64,000 nucleotides of DNA, from the NCBI GenBank assembly GCA_963790205.1, contig CAWBNQ010000014.1, positions 224,001-288,000 on the forward strand, in the 5' to 3' direction. Positions 1 to 10,219 of the stretch are shown here, in pieces. The DNA comes from Nitrospirota bacterium (GTDB lineage: Bacteria > Nitrospirota > UBA9217). How positions within the stretch are numbered: the stretch's first letter is position 1; each line of letters opens with the position of its first letter. Made by a program: the position numbers and the translations under genes. The notes beneath the pieces are model-generated. The model saw only the letters and a list, made by a program, of their open reading frames with translations. It was not told the DNA's origin and searched no databases.

Positions 1-855
<855 letters not shown>

Positions 856-1003
856 GTGATTGAATCCTCCTAAAGATACCGCACGGCCTTTGCCTGCCGC
901 ATATTTGATTATAATAACATATTATCGGCAGGGTGACAATAGATTTAATCCGAAGGCCCTCGTTACGCCACCACGAAGCCGCTGCGACATATGGCTGTCG
1001 CTG

Positions 1004-1546
1004 TTACGGGGCCTGACGCTCTTCCAGGGGAAGAACGGCGATATACGGAAGATTACGGTAGCGGTCCTTGTAATCCAGGCCGTAGCCGACGACATACTTG
1101 TTCGGTATGCGAAACCCCGCGTAGTCCGCCTCGATCTGCACCTGGCGGCGGTCGGACTTGTCCAGAAGCACGCAGACCTTGAGGGAGGCCGGTCCCTGCT
1201 CCAGGAGCCTGCGTTTGAGAAAGTCCACCGTCAGTCCGGAGTCTATGATGTCCTCAACCAGGAGCACATGCTTGCCTTTGACGTCTTCCTTCATGTCGGC
1301 GATGATGTGGACGGGGTGTTCCCGGTCCTGGGAGGCCGAGCTCGTGCTGTGAATGAAGTCCATGCGCACGGATATCCTGAGAGAACGCAAAAGATCGGAC
1401 ATGAAAAAAAGCGCGCCCTTGAGCACGCCGACCACCAACAGGTCCTTGTCGGCGTAATCCGTCGATATCCTCGCGCCAAGCTCATGGATCTTCCTCTGGA
1501 TCTCCTCGCTGGTAAAGAGCGGTTTGCCGAAATCGATACCGACCAT
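1004..1546 (-). CDS. hpt: Hypoxanthine phosphoribosyltransferase
   Basis: VGVLKGA, PRPP-binding VLLVEDIIDSGLT, YVVGYGLDY..YRNLPYI. Start set at ATG 1546 after GGAGG. Canonical tilS-hpt-ftsH order. Confidence 0.95.
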   Translation of the reverse strand: MVGIDFGKPLFTSEEIQRKIHELGARISTDYADKDLLVVGVLKGALFFMSDLLRSLRISVRMDFIHSTSSASQDREHPVHIIADMKEDVKGKHVLLVEDIIDSGLTVDFLKRRLLEQGPASLKVCVLLDKSDRRQVQIEADYAGFRIPNKYVVGYGLDYKDRYRNLPYIAVLPLEERQAP

Positions 1547-1638
1547 TATGTCCTCCAAAAATTTATTTTGCCACGAATTCACACGGATGGATTTGCGGCC
1601 GCGCGAATGGGGGCAACCACGCAGGGTCGCCCCTGCGA

Positions 1639-3028
1639 TCATTCCGCATTCCGAACTCGTATGACCAGTACCCTTTTCGTATCCGCCCGCGGCAGGAACC
1701 GTTCATCCGTCCTGAATCCCACGACCCAGAGGATGTCCTCTCCCGAGCAGAGCAGGGAAACAGCATCGCGTTTGCGGCGCGGGACCTTCTCATCCACCAG
1801 GTAGTCTTGAAGCTTCTTGCTCCGGCCGCCCATGCCGGCGGGGCAGAAGCGGTCGCCGGGCAGCCGGTTCCGCAACGTTAAAAGCGGCCTTATCTTATCA
1901 TAATCGAACAGGGCCTGCCAGCGATAATTTCTGTCTTCCGCCTCCCAGGCCGAACCGCCGTCGGACAGGATCCTCTCGATATCCATCCCGAGTTCGGGGA
2001 TCGAGGTCATGCCCGATACTGCGAGTGCATGGGAAAAGTGTTCCGGTTCCCGCGCTTTGCTCAGATTGAACCGCTCATATTCGCGCTCTACCCTGAGTCC
2101 CTGCGGCAGGCGCATGGCCCTGCCGGTCTGGGACCCGGCGATGAAACCGAGGGCCTCGTCGACCTGTACCCTGGACAATGCCGGCGAATCCGCGCCGATC
2201 AGGCCGGCGGCCAGCCTGAACATCCGCCTCCGGAAGGCCGGAGGGAGGGCGTTGAACACGGTCCGCTTTATCGCGATGATGCCCTCCTCCAGTTCTGACA
2301 TGCCTTTCATCATTTGGGTCAGGTACGCCTCGATCGCCTCGTCCTCATCCCTGAGCAGGGACGCTTCGGCGGCGAGCGTCTCGACTATGCGGGGATTGAA
2401 CTCCCGGAGAACAGGCAGGACGTCCGTCCTGATCCGGTTCCGCGTGTACACGGGCCTGGCATTCGACGGGTCCGTCGCATATTCCAGCCCGACAGACCGC
2501 AGGTAGCCGAGCACCTCTTCCCTCGTGGTCCCGATAAGCGGCCTGATGATGTTTCCCCGCTTCGGCGGGATGGCGGAGAGCCCTGAAACCCCGGCGCCGC
2601 GCATGAGACGCATAAGAAACGTCTCAGCCTGGTCCGTCGGCCGTATGGCCCGTGGCGATACGGGCGGCCCCGACCGTTTCCGCGACCTTGGCAAGAAACC
2701 CGTAGCGCACCTCGCGTGCGCCGGTCTGGGCGGACAGGCCGCGTTCGCGGCAGAAGGCGGGTACGTCGATCTTCTCGATCGTCGCGGCGATGTTGAACTT
2801 CTTTGCAAGCCCTCCGACGAACAGCGCCTCGTCCGCGGACTCTTTCCCGCGGAACATATGGTCGAGGTGGGCCACATGCAGTTTCAGATCGAGATCCTTC
2901 GCGAACGCTTGAAGAACACTCAGGAGACAGACCGAGTCCGGTCCTCCGGAGACGGCGATGACGACGCGGTCGCCGGCGTCCAGCATGGCGTATTTCTTTA
3001 TTGTCTCTCTGATCTTTATCAGCAACAT
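1639..3028 (-). CDS. tilS: tRNA(Ile)-lysidine synthase, split by a 1-nt insertion near 2634-2635
   Basis: ORF 2624..3028 has AVSGGPDS and ATGHTAD. ORF 1639..2877 continues DQAETFLMRLMRGAG, IRPL, DPSN, RNRIR, KKLQDYLVDEKVP. Removing one G restores GHTADDQAET. Confidence 0.93.
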
Positions 3029-3044
3029 TCGAAGAAGGGACTTG

Positions 3045-3117
3045 CTGCCACGGAGTTCACGGAGATAGTCCTTACGATGCTTATTTGCGGTTTTACCCTC
3101 TCTGTGCTCTGCGGCTA
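3045..3117. repeat. Short intergenic palindromic repeat (CACGGAG/CTCTGTG-type); related copies near 25890, 51797-51873 and 56575-56800
   Basis: ccacggagttcacggag ... ctctgtgctctgcgg arms. Similar ctctgcgtcctctgcggtt and cgcagaggacgcggagg words recur in other intergenic regions. Confidence 0.5.
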
Positions 3118-3195
3118 ATTAGGTTGTGTCATCTGGGTTTTAAGTACTATCTTACTATTACGATGATAACTGAGGGAAGCCGGAGAGTGGGAAAA

Positions 3196-3271
3196 TGGTG
3201 GCGGTGCAGGGACTCGAACCCCGGACACAGGGATTATGATTCCCCTGCTCTACCAGCTGAGCTACACCGCC
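3196..3271 (-). tRNA. tRNA with CAT anticodon, most likely elongator tRNA-Met
   Basis: Reverse complement GGCGGTGTAGCTCAGCTGGTAGAGCAGGGGAATCATAATCCCTGTGTCCGGGGTTCGAGTCCCTGCACCGCCACCA: 76 nt cloverleaf, paired G1-C72, encoded CCA. Confidence 0.95.
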
Positions 3272-3349
3272 CCTGAAAAAAAATTAGAGGCTTAAAGATA
3301 CTGTATTGCGCCGATTTTGTCAAGAAAAACTGACGGGTTCTCAAAAACC

Positions 3350-3426
3350 GTCACCCTGAGTGGAACGAAGGGTCTGGCAACTACTGTCAGGAAAAACGAG
3401 ATCCTTCGGCTTCGCCTCAGAATGAC
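3350..3426. repeat. REP/RPE-like palindromic element (GTCA...TGAC ends)
   Basis: gtcaccctgagtggaacgaagggtct ... agatccttcggcttcgcctcagaatgac: imperfect inverted arms. Confidence 0.7.
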
Positions 3427-3478
3427 AAACGGTGATTCGGTATTCGTGCAAAAGGTTCATAGCCCTTGTACCTTGGGC

Positions 3479-4069
3479 TTATTCTTTGAACCTCGTTTCC
3501 TCCTTCTGGATCCGCTCGATCTCCTCTTTTTTCGTTTTACAGGCGATGCAGTACCGCGCAAGGGGGTTGACCTGCAGGCGCTTGATATCGATCTCTTCTC
3601 CGCATTCCTCGCACAGGCCGAAGGTCTTGTTCTGGAGCTTGCGGAACGCATCGGCGATGTCCTTATATTGTTCGTACTTCATTTCCAGAAGAGAAGAGTC
3701 TATGCCCTGGTCCGTGTCCTGGGAGGACATGTCCGCGCTGTCCATGGCCGAGTCTATCTTCTGCCCCGCCTCCCTTGTCAGCCTGCGGCCCATCTGGGCT
3801 TCCAGTCCCTCCACTACCTCATTCCGTTTTTTGAGCAGGATCTTTTTCAGCAACTCATGCCGTTTCTGGTTGGCCGCGGAGATCCGCACCGGCTTGACCG
3901 CTGCCGTCATTGTTACGGTCTTTTTTTCGGCTTTTTTGACGGTCTTTTTTGCCACCCTCTTTCTGGCCGTGCTGACGGATTTCTTGACCGGCTTTTTGAT
4001 GGCTCTTTTCGCCGCCTTTTTTGCCTTTGGTTTGGCAGCTGGTTTCCTTATGCTCTTTTTCACAGCCAT
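3479..4069 (-). CDS. TraR/DksA family C4 zinc-finger protein with Lys/Ala-rich histone-like N-terminus
   Basis: Coiled-coil tip DSADMS; FGLCEECGEEI..KRL...PLARYCIACK; AGGAGG RBS. Confidence 0.88.
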   Translation of the reverse strand: MAVKKSIRKPAAKPKAKKAAKRAIKKPVKKSVSTARKRVAKKTVKKAEKKTVTMTAAVKPVRISAANQKRHELLKKILLKKRNEVVEGLEAQMGRRLTREAGQKIDSAMDSADMSSQDTDQGIDSSLLEMKYEQYKDIADAFRKLQNKTFGLCEECGEEIDIKRLQVNPLARYCIACKTKKEEIERIQKEETRFKE

Positions 4070-4300
4070 GTTTTTAAAGCCCTCCTGACCAGAATAGGTC
4101 GTGAACTAGTCGACTTGGATACATATTATAGTTGCCTCTTCAGGCAAATTCAAGTCAATTTAACGGGGCCGTGAGAATATTTTACGGGTTCCGAAAGCCG
4201 AAGGAACCGCCGGGAAGCCGGAAAAATAGCCATACAGGCCTTTTTCTGTTAATATGTATAAGTGCACATCAATCCACTGAACAAGGGAGCATATGCATAC

Positions 4301-6535
4301 ATGCGTAAACATTCTTGCACGATACTATTGGCCGTCCTGACAGGCTTCCTGTCCTTAGCGCAAATCGGGTCTGCATCATCGGAGGTCAGGCCCTCAGGCA
4401 CTCCTGAAGAACAGGGGACGTGGTCCCGGGGACTTTCAGACTCCATGATCAGGATATACCGGGAAGAGGAAAGCAGGACGGGAGAGAGCTGGGCATTGCG
4501 GAAGCGGGCTTTACTTGAGTACTGCGCCCTGGCAAATGCGAAGAACGAGGTCTCCCTGGGCGAGTTCAAGGGCGACGAGAACGCCGCGACCGTGGCCATG
4601 GAACAAGGAAAGGCCGCGCTGGTTTTCCACCAGTTAAGAAGACTGGCCGGAGAGGAAATCTTTTCCCGCGTGGCCAGGGAGCTCATGTCCCGGGGACCTT
4701 CCGGCAAGGTCTCCTGGAGTGAGCTCAGGGGCCTTTTCGAGAAAGAGACCCGTACGGACCTCGGCTGGTTCTTCAAACAGTGGATCGACAGGAAGGGGCT
4801 CCCCGACCTGCGCCCGGAGAATGCGGCAACCAGGAGGAGCGGCAGCAGGTTTGAGGTGAGCTTCGACCTTGTACAGAAGGGAGATGTCTACGTTTTAGAG
4901 GTTCCGGTATTCATCTCATTATCTCAAGGCGGCGTCAAAACCGATATCGTGAAAACGGACAGCAATAAGAAACACGTCGTCTTCTATCTCGACGATGAGC
5001 CGTCCACGCTCGTGGTAGACCGTGATTATGACCTTCCCCGCCGGCTCACGGAAGAAGAGAGACCGCCCCTTCTGGCAACGCTTTTCGCGGATGAAAAGCC
5101 GGTCATCGTGCTCCCGAAGACGGGGCAGGAAGCGTACGGCGCCCTTATCGATGCGCTCAAACAGCGCGGGGCCGTGGAACGGGAGGCTTCGGACCTCAGG
5201 GAGTCCGACATCAGCGCTTCATCCTTTGTGGCGCTGGGAAGCGACAACCCTTTCGTCAACAGGCTCTTCGGCAAGGTGGAGCCCGGAACAGGAGCAGTCA
5301 ACCTCCTGGCAAAAAAGAACCCCTGGAATTCCGGCAAAGTCGTGGTCATCGTGCAGTCAGAATCCGCCAAGGCGGCGAGCGCCTTCACCTCCGCCCTCTT
5401 TCAATACGGGAGCTTCAGCTCCGTATCATTCTATAACAAGGGAGCGGAACCGGCGGCAAAAACCTCAGGGTCCCGAAGGGGGATGGAGATGGAATTAAGA
5501 GAACCGGCAGCGGCGATAGACCTTTCCACGCTCCAAAAGCTTCCCGACGCGATCGAAGGCGCGGAGGGCAAAAAGATCGTCTACGTGGGTGAATACCATG
5601 ATCAGTACGCCCACCACCTGGTCCAACTGGAGGTGCTCAAGGCCCTTTATCGGAAAAACAAAAAAATTGCCGTGGGCATGGAGATGTTCCAGCGACCGTT
5701 CCAGAAAGCCCTCGACGACTATATCGCGGGCGCGATCGACGAGCGGGAGTTTTTGAAAAAGTCCGAATACTTCAAGCGCTGGGGATACGATTATAATCTC
5801 TACAAACCGATTCTCGATTTTGCGCGCGCCGAAAAGATACCGGTAATAGCCCTGAACGTGAGGAACGACCTGCCTGACAAGATCGCGCAGAGCGGCATGG
5901 ACTCGCTCACCGACGAGGAGAAGAAAGAGGTCCCGCAACAGATGGATTTCTCGGACGAGGAATACCGCGGCAGGCTCAAGACCATTTTCAACCGGCACAG
6001 GAACATGGGTGAAAAAAACTTCGATTTCTTTTATCAGGCCCAGATCCTCTGGGACGAGACCATGGCCCAGTCCGTCGATGAGTTCCTGAAAAAGAACCCG
6101 GACTTTAAAATGGTGGTGTTCGCCGGCGGCGGGCACCTTGCCTACGGATCGGGCATCCCGAAGCGCGCCTTTCGAAGGAACGGATTACCGTATTTCATAA
6201 TTTTGAACGATAGCGACGCGGACCGCGACATTGCAAACTATCTTGTCCTCCCTCAGGCGCTCGAGGGCACGCCGGCGCCCATGCTCATGGTGGCGCTCAA
6301 GGTCGAGAACAACCGGGTGGCCGTCACTGACATGCCGAAAGACAGCGTTTCGAGGAAAGCGGGGATCAGGGTCAACGACACGATCCTGTCTATCGACGGA
6401 ACAAACGTGGAAAGCGTGGAAGACCTCAAGCTGGAACTCTTCTTTAAAAAGAAGGGCGACACCGTGAAGGTGAAGATCCTGCGAAAACGGTTCCTCCTGG
6501 GGGAGAAGGAAATGGAAATCGACGTGAAACTGTAA
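4301..6535 (+). CDS. Exported fusion: degenerate M1-aminopeptidase C-terminal region + ChaN-like (heme/iron uptake) domain + PDZ
   Basis: Signal-like N-terminus. GKAALVFHQLR..DLGWFFKQW (M1 C-region). VYVGEYHD, GMEMFQRPFQ, QILWDETMA, AGGGH (ChaN/EreA-like). AGIRVNDTILSIDG (PDZ). Confidence 0.8.
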   Translation: MRKHSCTILLAVLTGFLSLAQIGSASSEVRPSGTPEEQGTWSRGLSDSMIRIYREEESRTGESWALRKRALLEYCALANAKNEVSLGEFKGDENAATVAMEQGKAALVFHQLRRLAGEEIFSRVARELMSRGPSGKVSWSELRGLFEKETRTDLGWFFKQWIDRKGLPDLRPENAATRRSGSRFEVSFDLVQKGDVYVLEVPVFISLSQGGVKTDIVKTDSNKKHVVFYLDDEPSTLVVDRDYDLPRRLTEEERPPLLATLFADEKPVIVLPKTGQEAYGALIDALKQRGAVEREASDLRESDISASSFVALGSDNPFVNRLFGKVEPGTGAVNLLAKKNPWNSGKVVVIVQSESAKAASAFTSALFQYGSFSSVSFYNKGAEPAAKTSGSRRGMEMELREPAAAIDLSTLQKLPDAIEGAEGKKIVYVGEYHDQYAHHLVQLEVLKALYRKNKKIAVGMEMFQRPFQKALDDYIAGAIDEREFLKKSEYFKRWGYDYNLYKPILDFARAEKIPVIALNVRNDLPDKIAQSGMDSLTDEEKKEVPQQMDFSDEEYRGRLKTIFNRHRNMGEKNFDFFYQAQILWDETMAQSVDEFLKKNPDFKMVVFAGGGHLAYGSGIPKRAFRRNGLPYFIILNDSDADRDIANYLVLPQALEGTPAPMLMVALKVENNRVAVTDMPKDSVSRKAGIRVNDTILSIDGTNVESVEDLKLELFFKKKGDTVKVKILRKRFLLGEKEMEIDVKL

Positions 6536-6590
6536 ACTCCCTATGACGCATATCATAGATTTTTCCGGCGGGGAGAGGTAAGATGTAAGC

Positions 6591-6833
6591 ATGTTCAAAG
6601 AAGGATGCCCGGGAAGCGCGGAGATACGCACGCCGAAACCGGAAGATATCCGGTGCCAGAAATGCGGCGAGAAGATCGAGATCTGGACCGACGAGCCGGA
6701 CACGGCGTGCAGAAAGTGCGGCCACGTGAATGCCCGCCCCATCGGCACGTCCTGCGTGGAGTGGTGCGCGTTCGCCAGGGAATGCGTTGGCGCCGAGAAA
6801 CTCGAAAAACTTCTGAAGGCGAAAAAAGGCTGA
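6591..6833 (+). CDS. Small Cys-rich (zinc-ribbon-like) protein
   Basis: CPG, CQKCG, CRKCG, CVEWC..AREC; GAGG upstream. Confidence 0.75.
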   Translation: MFKEGCPGSAEIRTPKPEDIRCQKCGEKIEIWTDEPDTACRKCGHVNARPIGTSCVEWCAFARECVGAEKLEKLLKAKKG

Positions 6834-6869
6834 CGAATAACCTCACCGAACACCCGTTTCCGGGTACGT

Positions 6870-6914
6870 AAGGGCTTTTCTTTCGAATCAAGAACGAGAG
6901 AGAGGCCTTTTTTG
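6870..6914 (+). terminator. Probable intrinsic terminator
   Basis: agggcttttctttcg / cgagagagaggcctt hairpin followed by a T-run, downstream of the 6591..6833 CDS. Confidence 0.55.
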
Positions 6915-7167
6915 TCGTATAATATCTGATTTAGCTTCCTGCAAGTGCCCCCCAAAAAAACCTAACAGCTGTTTTCCCTGTTAAAAAAACATACTCTAAA
7001 AATACCCCGTTTTTTTCTTTTCATCCCCGATAGATTCCTTTATACTTTTATCTTATAAAAACTATTTCCCGGTTTGGTTGTAAGAGCGTTTGAGGAATTA
7101 TGCGCAGTACCTAACAATCTGTTCATCAATCGATAAGGGGAAGCAGAAACGAGCTGCGACTCAACTC

Positions 7168-7599
7168 ATGAAAACAATGCGAAACATCATTGTATCAGGC
7201 TCAGTGATGCTGTCTGTCTGCGCGGCGTTTTATGCCTCAGGAATGACATTCTTCCTGTCGAGGGCATTCTGGTCACAGCATCCCCTCTTATCCGTGCTCC
7301 TCATACTCTTGCCGCTGCCGGCCATCGCCGCCGTTATTCTTTGGAGGGCCATGTCGATATACGCAGGCAAACCCAGCCTGTTTTCAACGCGGGACCCCTT
7401 GACGAACCTGTATAATCAGACGGTCTTCTGGGATTATCTGGGATACGAGACCGAACGCTCGAAAAGACAAAACTATCGCTTTTCGCTCCTCTGTCTCGAT
7501 CTCGACGATTTCAAGGCCGTCAACGAGCCTCCTCCACATGGTTTATACTATGCACAGCCATGCGATCTTATCGCGCCCGTTATCACGTTGAACGGGTAA
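7168..7599 (+). pseudogene. Membrane diguanylate cyclase gene truncated early in the GGDEF domain
   Basis: Two TM helices, then RDPLTNLYN...SLLCLDLDDFKAVN. Similarity stops near 7526; no GH..GD or GGDEF motif follows. Confidence 0.75.
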
Positions 7600-7758
7600 C
7601 GACAAATTATCAGGTCCCTCAATCCATCTGAAACATTTTTTACTGTTGCAGGTGAAGGCTGTTTGTGATATTCTGTTGCCCGTATCCGTCCGGCCCCGAA
7701 GACCAGGGGGCCGCCGTTCAAAATCCCAACAAAGGAGCAGCGGTACCGGCTAACCACC

Positions 7759-8376
7759 ATGGCATTATTCCCGAAAAAAATAGATTTTTTTGAGCAATTC
7801 GACCGGGCACTCGAGAACGTCTCGCGGGCGGCGAACGTCCTGGTCGACTCCTTGAACAACTTCGAGACCTTCGAAAAGAAGGCGAAGGTCATCTACGAGT
7901 TCGAGCAGGAAGGCGACATGCTCACCCACGACATCATGAAGGACCTGAACAAGACCTTCCTCACCCCCATCGACCGAGAGGACATCCATGCGCTCGCGTC
8001 CCGGATCGACGACGTCATCGACCTGATGTGGGCCGCCGTGGACAGGATGACGGTGTACAAGATCGAGAAGCCGACACCGGAGGTCATTTCCATTGCCGAA
8101 GACCTGCAGATGACGGCGGACATCCTCAAGAAGGCGCTCCGGGAGCTCCGATCGAAGCAGTACTCCCGCGTCCAGGAGCACTGCATCGAGATCAACCGGC
8201 TGGAGAACAGGATCGACCGCAAGTACCGCGACGCTCTGGGCAAACTCGTCAACGACCAGAACGATCCCGTTTACATCATCAAGTGGAAGGACATCTACCA
8301 GCTCTTTGAAGACGCCTCGGACCGGGCTGAAGATATCGCCAATATCCTCGAAACCATAGTCCTAAAAAATGCATGA
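7759..8376 (+). CDS. DUF47 family phosphate transport regulator
   Basis: EQEGD, TFLTPIDREDIHALA..IDDVID, LEN..D, EDASDRAED; overlaps the start of a PiT gene. Confidence 0.92.
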   Translation: MALFPKKIDFFEQFDRALENVSRAANVLVDSLNNFETFEKKAKVIYEFEQEGDMLTHDIMKDLNKTFLTPIDREDIHALASRIDDVIDLMWAAVDRMTVYKIEKPTPEVISIAEDLQMTADILKKALRELRSKQYSRVQEHCIEINRLENRIDRKYRDALGKLVNDQNDPVYIIKWKDIYQLFEDASDRAEDIANILETIVLKNA

Positions 8377-9358
8377 AATTCTGATCCTCATCATCATTCT
8401 CGCGGTATTTTTCGACATTGCGAACGGGTGGCATGACTGCGCCAACGCCATCGCCACCGTGGTGTCGACCAAGGTCATGTCGCCCATGCAGGCGGTGGTC
8501 CTCGCCGCGGGCATGAACATCCTCGGCGCCTTCCTCTCCACCGCAGTGGCAAAAACGATCGGTACGGGCATTGTGGACCCAAAGGCCGTCACGGATGTCG
8601 TCATCATATCCGCGCTGCTCTCCGCCATCCTCTGGAACATCATGACCATCCTCATGGGGCTCCCCGTCAGCTCGTCGCATGCGCTCTTCGGCGGGATCGC
8701 GGGAGCCGCCATGGCGCACGGAGGCGCCGGCATCCTGAATATCGGCGGCACCATCAAGATCCTCACGTCACTCCTTATCTCGCCTGTTTTCGGCATCATC
8801 TGCGGATATTTGTTCATGAAGCTTATCCTCAGGCTCTTCGGCCAGCTGGGGCCGGGCGCGGTCAGCAAGTATTTCGGCAGGCTGCAGATTCTCTCATCGT
8901 CCTTCATGGCCTTCGGCCACGGTTCGAATGACGCGCAGAAATCCATGGGCATCATAACCATGGCCCTCGTGAGCGGCGGCGTTATTAAAACCATGGATGT
9001 GCCGAAGTGGGTCATCCTCATCTGTGCTCTGGCCATGGGCTTTGGAACGCTCTTCGGCGGGTGGAAGATCATCAAGACCCTGGGCGTCAAGATGCTGAAG
9101 CTCGAGCCCATCCACGGGTTCGCGGCGGAAACGTCCTCGGCGGCCATCATCATTGCGTCGAGCCACTTCGGAATGCCGGTCAGTACGACGCACGTGGTGT
9201 CCGCGGCGATCCTCGGCGTCGGCGCCACCAAGCGGCTCTCCGCCGTCCGCTGGGGCATCGCCGGCAAGATCGTCATGGCCTGGGTGCTTACGCTGCCAGC
9301 CTGCATCGCCATGGCTTGGGGCATCCAGAAGGCCCTGACCTATTACCATATCGGCTGA
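8369..9358 (+). CDS. Inorganic phosphate transporter, PiT family
   Basis: NGWHDCANAIATVV, GLPVSSSHA, HGSNDAQKSMG, GMPVSTTH, AVRWG. Confidence 0.95.
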   Translation: MHEILILIIILAVFFDIANGWHDCANAIATVVSTKVMSPMQAVVLAAGMNILGAFLSTAVAKTIGTGIVDPKAVTDVVIISALLSAILWNIMTILMGLPVSSSHALFGGIAGAAMAHGGAGILNIGGTIKILTSLLISPVFGIICGYLFMKLILRLFGQLGPGAVSKYFGRLQILSSSFMAFGHGSNDAQKSMGIITMALVSGGVIKTMDVPKWVILICALAMGFGTLFGGWKIIKTLGVKMLKLEPIHGFAAETSSAAIIIASSHFGMPVSTTHVVSAAILGVGATKRLSAVRWGIAGKIVMAWVLTLPACIAMAWGIQKALTYYHIG

Positions 9359-9486
9359 TGTCCGCTGCGAAGAAGCGCCGACCTCAAAGAGCAAACAATT
9401 TTTACTATCGAAATGCCGGGGATGATATTGACTGGTCGTTGAGCTTTGGCGCTTATGTGGGATTTGGCAGGTTGATTCGCAGCTTG

Positions 9487-10116
9487 TTAGAAGTGCAGCA
9501 TCCTCGAAATCTTCCTCGTGTCCACGCCGCGGTAGTTGCCTGCCCGCAATGCGTCAATGAAATTCTCATACGTCACGGCTTCGTCAAACTCGGTATAGCA
9601 GGAACCCACTTCCCGGGGCGCATGCGCATCGGACCCCCCGGTATAAGGCAGTTTCATATCCTTCGCCGCAGTAATCGCTTTCACGTTATAGGCGTGCATG
9701 TTCGCGCCGTTATACCCTTCAAGCCCGGTAATGCCGTGCACGCTCCGCACCAGATCGCCGAGGCTCGTCCCCGGCCGGTACGGATGAGAAGGGATCACGA
9801 CCCCACCGGCTTTGCTCACGAAACGAACTACATCCGCAAGGGGAGCATACTTGATACCCAGTTTGTCCGTGTCGGCCCCGAAAACGAGGCAATGCCCTTC
9901 AGCGGTCGAAAACTCCACCCCCCGGAAGATCATGATGCTGTCCCGGTATTTGTCCTTCAGTACCTCGACCGCCTCCGAGGCCCCGTAGTAATAATGCTCG
10001 GTGAAAGCGATAGCGTGAAGGCCCAGCTCGATGCCGCGAAGGACCGTTTCCTCGGGGTCGGCGTCGTTGTCGGTGCTGTATTTTGAATGGACGTGAAGAT
10101 CGATCTTGAATTTCAT
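9487..10116 (-). CDS. PHP-domain metal-dependent phosphoesterase
   Basis: DLHVHS, AFTEH, GVEFST..GH, SHPYR, GGSDAH. Confidence 0.9.
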   Translation of the reverse strand: MKFKIDLHVHSKYSTDNDADPEETVLRGIELGLHAIAFTEHYYYGASEAVEVLKDKYRDSIMIFRGVEFSTAEGHCLVFGADTDKLGIKYAPLADVVRFVSKAGGVVIPSHPYRPGTSLGDLVRSVHGITGLEGYNGANMHAYNVKAITAAKDMKLPYTGGSDAHAPREVGSCYTEFDEAVTYENFIDALRAGNYRGVDTRKISRMLHF

Positions 10117-10219
10117 AATAATTTGCTTGCCCCCGATGGACACGGATAAATACGGTGATACAGGGTCCATGATTCAGGTGAGGAATAAATATACTGCATC
10201 CTGCATCTGGTATCCTGCA

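Noticed and set aside
876..900. Possible sigma-54 promoter upstream of ftsH (GG-N10-GC on the minus strand)
   Set aside because: Weak flanking match and very close to the RBS; easily a chance hit in GC-rich DNA.
3196..3480. tRNA as an integration site of a genomic island
   Set aside because: No integrase and no duplicated tRNA 3' end seen in the window; flanking genes are housekeeping.
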